This document shows, one piece after another, positions 62,648-64,000 of a stretch of 64,000 bases of DNA. The notes beneath the pieces were generated by a model that was given only the letters and a program-made list of their open reading frames with translations, did not search any database and was not told the DNA's origin. Both the position numbers and the translations under genes were made by a program. Within the stretch, counting starts at the first letter, position 1. Every line of letters starts with the position of its first letter. Origin of the DNA: an uncultured delta proteobacterium (GTDB lineage: Bacteria; Desulfobacterota; SM23-61); NCBI GenBank assembly GCA_963760605.1, contig CAVXFA010000040.1:16970-80969 (forward strand). Direction: 5' to 3'.

Positions 62648-63511
62648 TTAAAGATCGGCATCGATAAGAAGGAAAGTGGCTCGTTCCAACCTTTCCTGAA
62701 AAGTCCTTCCCTCAAGGTTCATAAGGTGGTGGGCTAAATTCAGAAGACCTTCCCGTTCTTTTTCGGGCAGCCACCCGTAGGCTTCACCCCATTCCTTCCT
62801 AAGGTCTTGCGTCCCTTCCTTTTGAGCTCCAGCCAAGGTCACGACAACCAGAAGGATTTTAAGAAGAGCGGCGGAAGCGACCTTCTGCAAAGGGGGCGAG
62901 GCCCGGATCGCCTTCCAGACTTCGTGTTCCTCTTCCGTCTCCAAGATGAGGTGCCGGAGAAGTGCCACCTGGCCAAAACCGAGGCCAATTTGGGCCAGCC
63001 ACCGGACCACCTCCCGATCCTTAATGGCCACAGAAAGAAAATAAACACATTGCTGGAGAAGAGACATTTCCAGGCCATGGAACCGAGCCGCCTCATGAAG
63101 CCCTTTCGAGAAGGTGAAGGTGTAGAATTCCAAAGTGCCATGGTTTAGGGCATGGGCGATTTCATGGTGGACAACCCCCTGGATAATGGAGCCGGGGATT
63201 CCCGTCAGCCGTTCCTGGCAGATATGGATCCTCGGATAACCCCTCCATGCATCATGAGTGGCCAGAAATTCGGTCTCCTCCCCTGTTACCACCCCGAGGG
63301 CCTCCTTTTCACCCCGGCAAAACGCCTGATACTTGTCCATATTCTTCCAAACCATCAGGTGCAGAGCCGGTAACGAGTTAGGAAAAGATATCCTTTCAAA
63401 AACTTCATTGGCCCAGTAACGAATCTGGGTCAAAAAGCCTTCGTCGATCATTTCGGGGCACACGATTTGGATGCGCTCGCCCATATCATTGGCCTTATTT
63501 TTCAAAGGCAT
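62648..63511 (-). CDS. Putative zinc metallopeptidase (HExxH motif: HHEIAH)
   Basis: 287 aa; single HEXXH motif; no further family assignment possible by eye. Confidence 0.45.
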   Translation of the reverse strand: MPLKNKANDMGERIQIVCPEMIDEGFLTQIRYWANEVFERISFPNSLPALHLMVWKNMDKYQAFCRGEKEALGVVTGEETEFLATHDAWRGYPRIHICQERLTGIPGSIIQGVVHHEIAHALNHGTLEFYTFTFSKGLHEAARFHGLEMSLLQQCVYFLSVAIKDREVVRWLAQIGLGFGQVALLRHLILETEEEHEVWKAIRASPPLQKVASAALLKILLVVVTLAGAQKEGTQDLRKEWGEAYGWLPEKEREGLLNLAHHLMNLEGRTFQERLERATFLLIDADL

Positions 63512-63767
63512 ATCCCCATAAAAAATGAGATTCGATGGCCTGCTGGACCTCCTGATTTACCATATGGTCGAGTTCCGCCGCCGACCGGCTCCTGGCTTCT
63601 TTGAGCAGAAGAGGGCGGTTATAGCGGATTTTCCTGGACAGGGAGGATGAGAAAACCTTGCCCCCCTCCAACTGATATTCCATCTCGATCTGGATGGGAA
63701 CATCAAGGGCATACTGAAAATCTCTGAGATAAAGGCGGGTTCTGAGTTTCTCGATCATCCAAATCAT
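63495..63767 (-). CDS. Hypothetical protein
   Basis: 90-aa ORF co-oriented with and overlapping the metallopeptidase gene start by 17 nt. Confidence 0.3.
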   Translation of the reverse strand: MIWMIEKLRTRLYLRDFQYALDVPIQIEMEYQLEGGKVFSSSLSRKIRYNRPLLLKEARSRSAAELDHMVNQEVQQAIESHFLWGYAFEK

Positions 63768-64000
63768 ATACCTTCTTTTGTCTATCCGAGATAAATTTTA
63801 CTTCTTTTTGTCCTGAATTGACAATCTTGGCCTCACTAATTATTCCTGTACACACTCCTATTCATGAGCAAAAAAAGGGGGTAAAATTGGGTGACACTTT
63901 TTGGGGGATGTGCAATTTAATAAAACCCCTGGACTGGAGCCAGAACTCCGCCGCAATTCTCCAGGCCGCCTCCCGGGCCGATTTTCCAAACTGATTCATG

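Noticed and set aside
63841-64000. 44-aa minus-strand ORF starting at the last three bases of the window (MNQFGKSAREAAWRIAAEFWLQSRGF...)
   Set aside because: Below any reasonable length threshold, and its start coincides with the window edge. Cannot be supported.

Overview
Bacterial chromosomal segment of roughly 55% GC from a probable anaerobe, judged from the ferredoxin and tungsten-type aldehyde:ferredoxin oxidoreductase pair, a LarA-like protein and several small ferredoxins. Most of the window is densely packed housekeeping genes: archease and rtcB, class A PBP, rsmI, a paired M16 peptidase, uvrA, pdxA, surA, mfd, ccdA, the Mla lipid-transport genes and HU. Mobile and decaying DNA is interspersed. 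There is a truncated IS200/RAYT-like transposase next to a RelE-family toxin-antitoxin pair. There is an AT-rich islet at about 22.4-25.9 kb with consensus sigma70 promoters, small basic proteins, an aberrant tRNA-like gene, a frameshifted IS1-family transposase and a 403-aa membrane protein of unknown function. There is an IS1380-family element with 21-bp terminal inverted repeats downstream of an orphan motAB pair, and an IS110-family transposase next to tRNA-Arg(CCU). Several genes carry 1-bp frameshifts (uvrA, an SCP2-type thiolase, the IS1 transposase) or survive only as C-terminal remnants (an SDR, an Fe-alcohol dehydrogenase, an HU paralog). A repeated promoter-plus-31-bp-box module occurs before a secreted Ntn/C45-like protein and again, in tandem, before the ferredoxin-AOR operon. 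Gene calls rest on reading the translated ORFs for family-specific motifs; no database searches were run. ORFs that run off the window edge are absent from the supplied track and were recovered by manual translation (positions 1-1756, minus strand).
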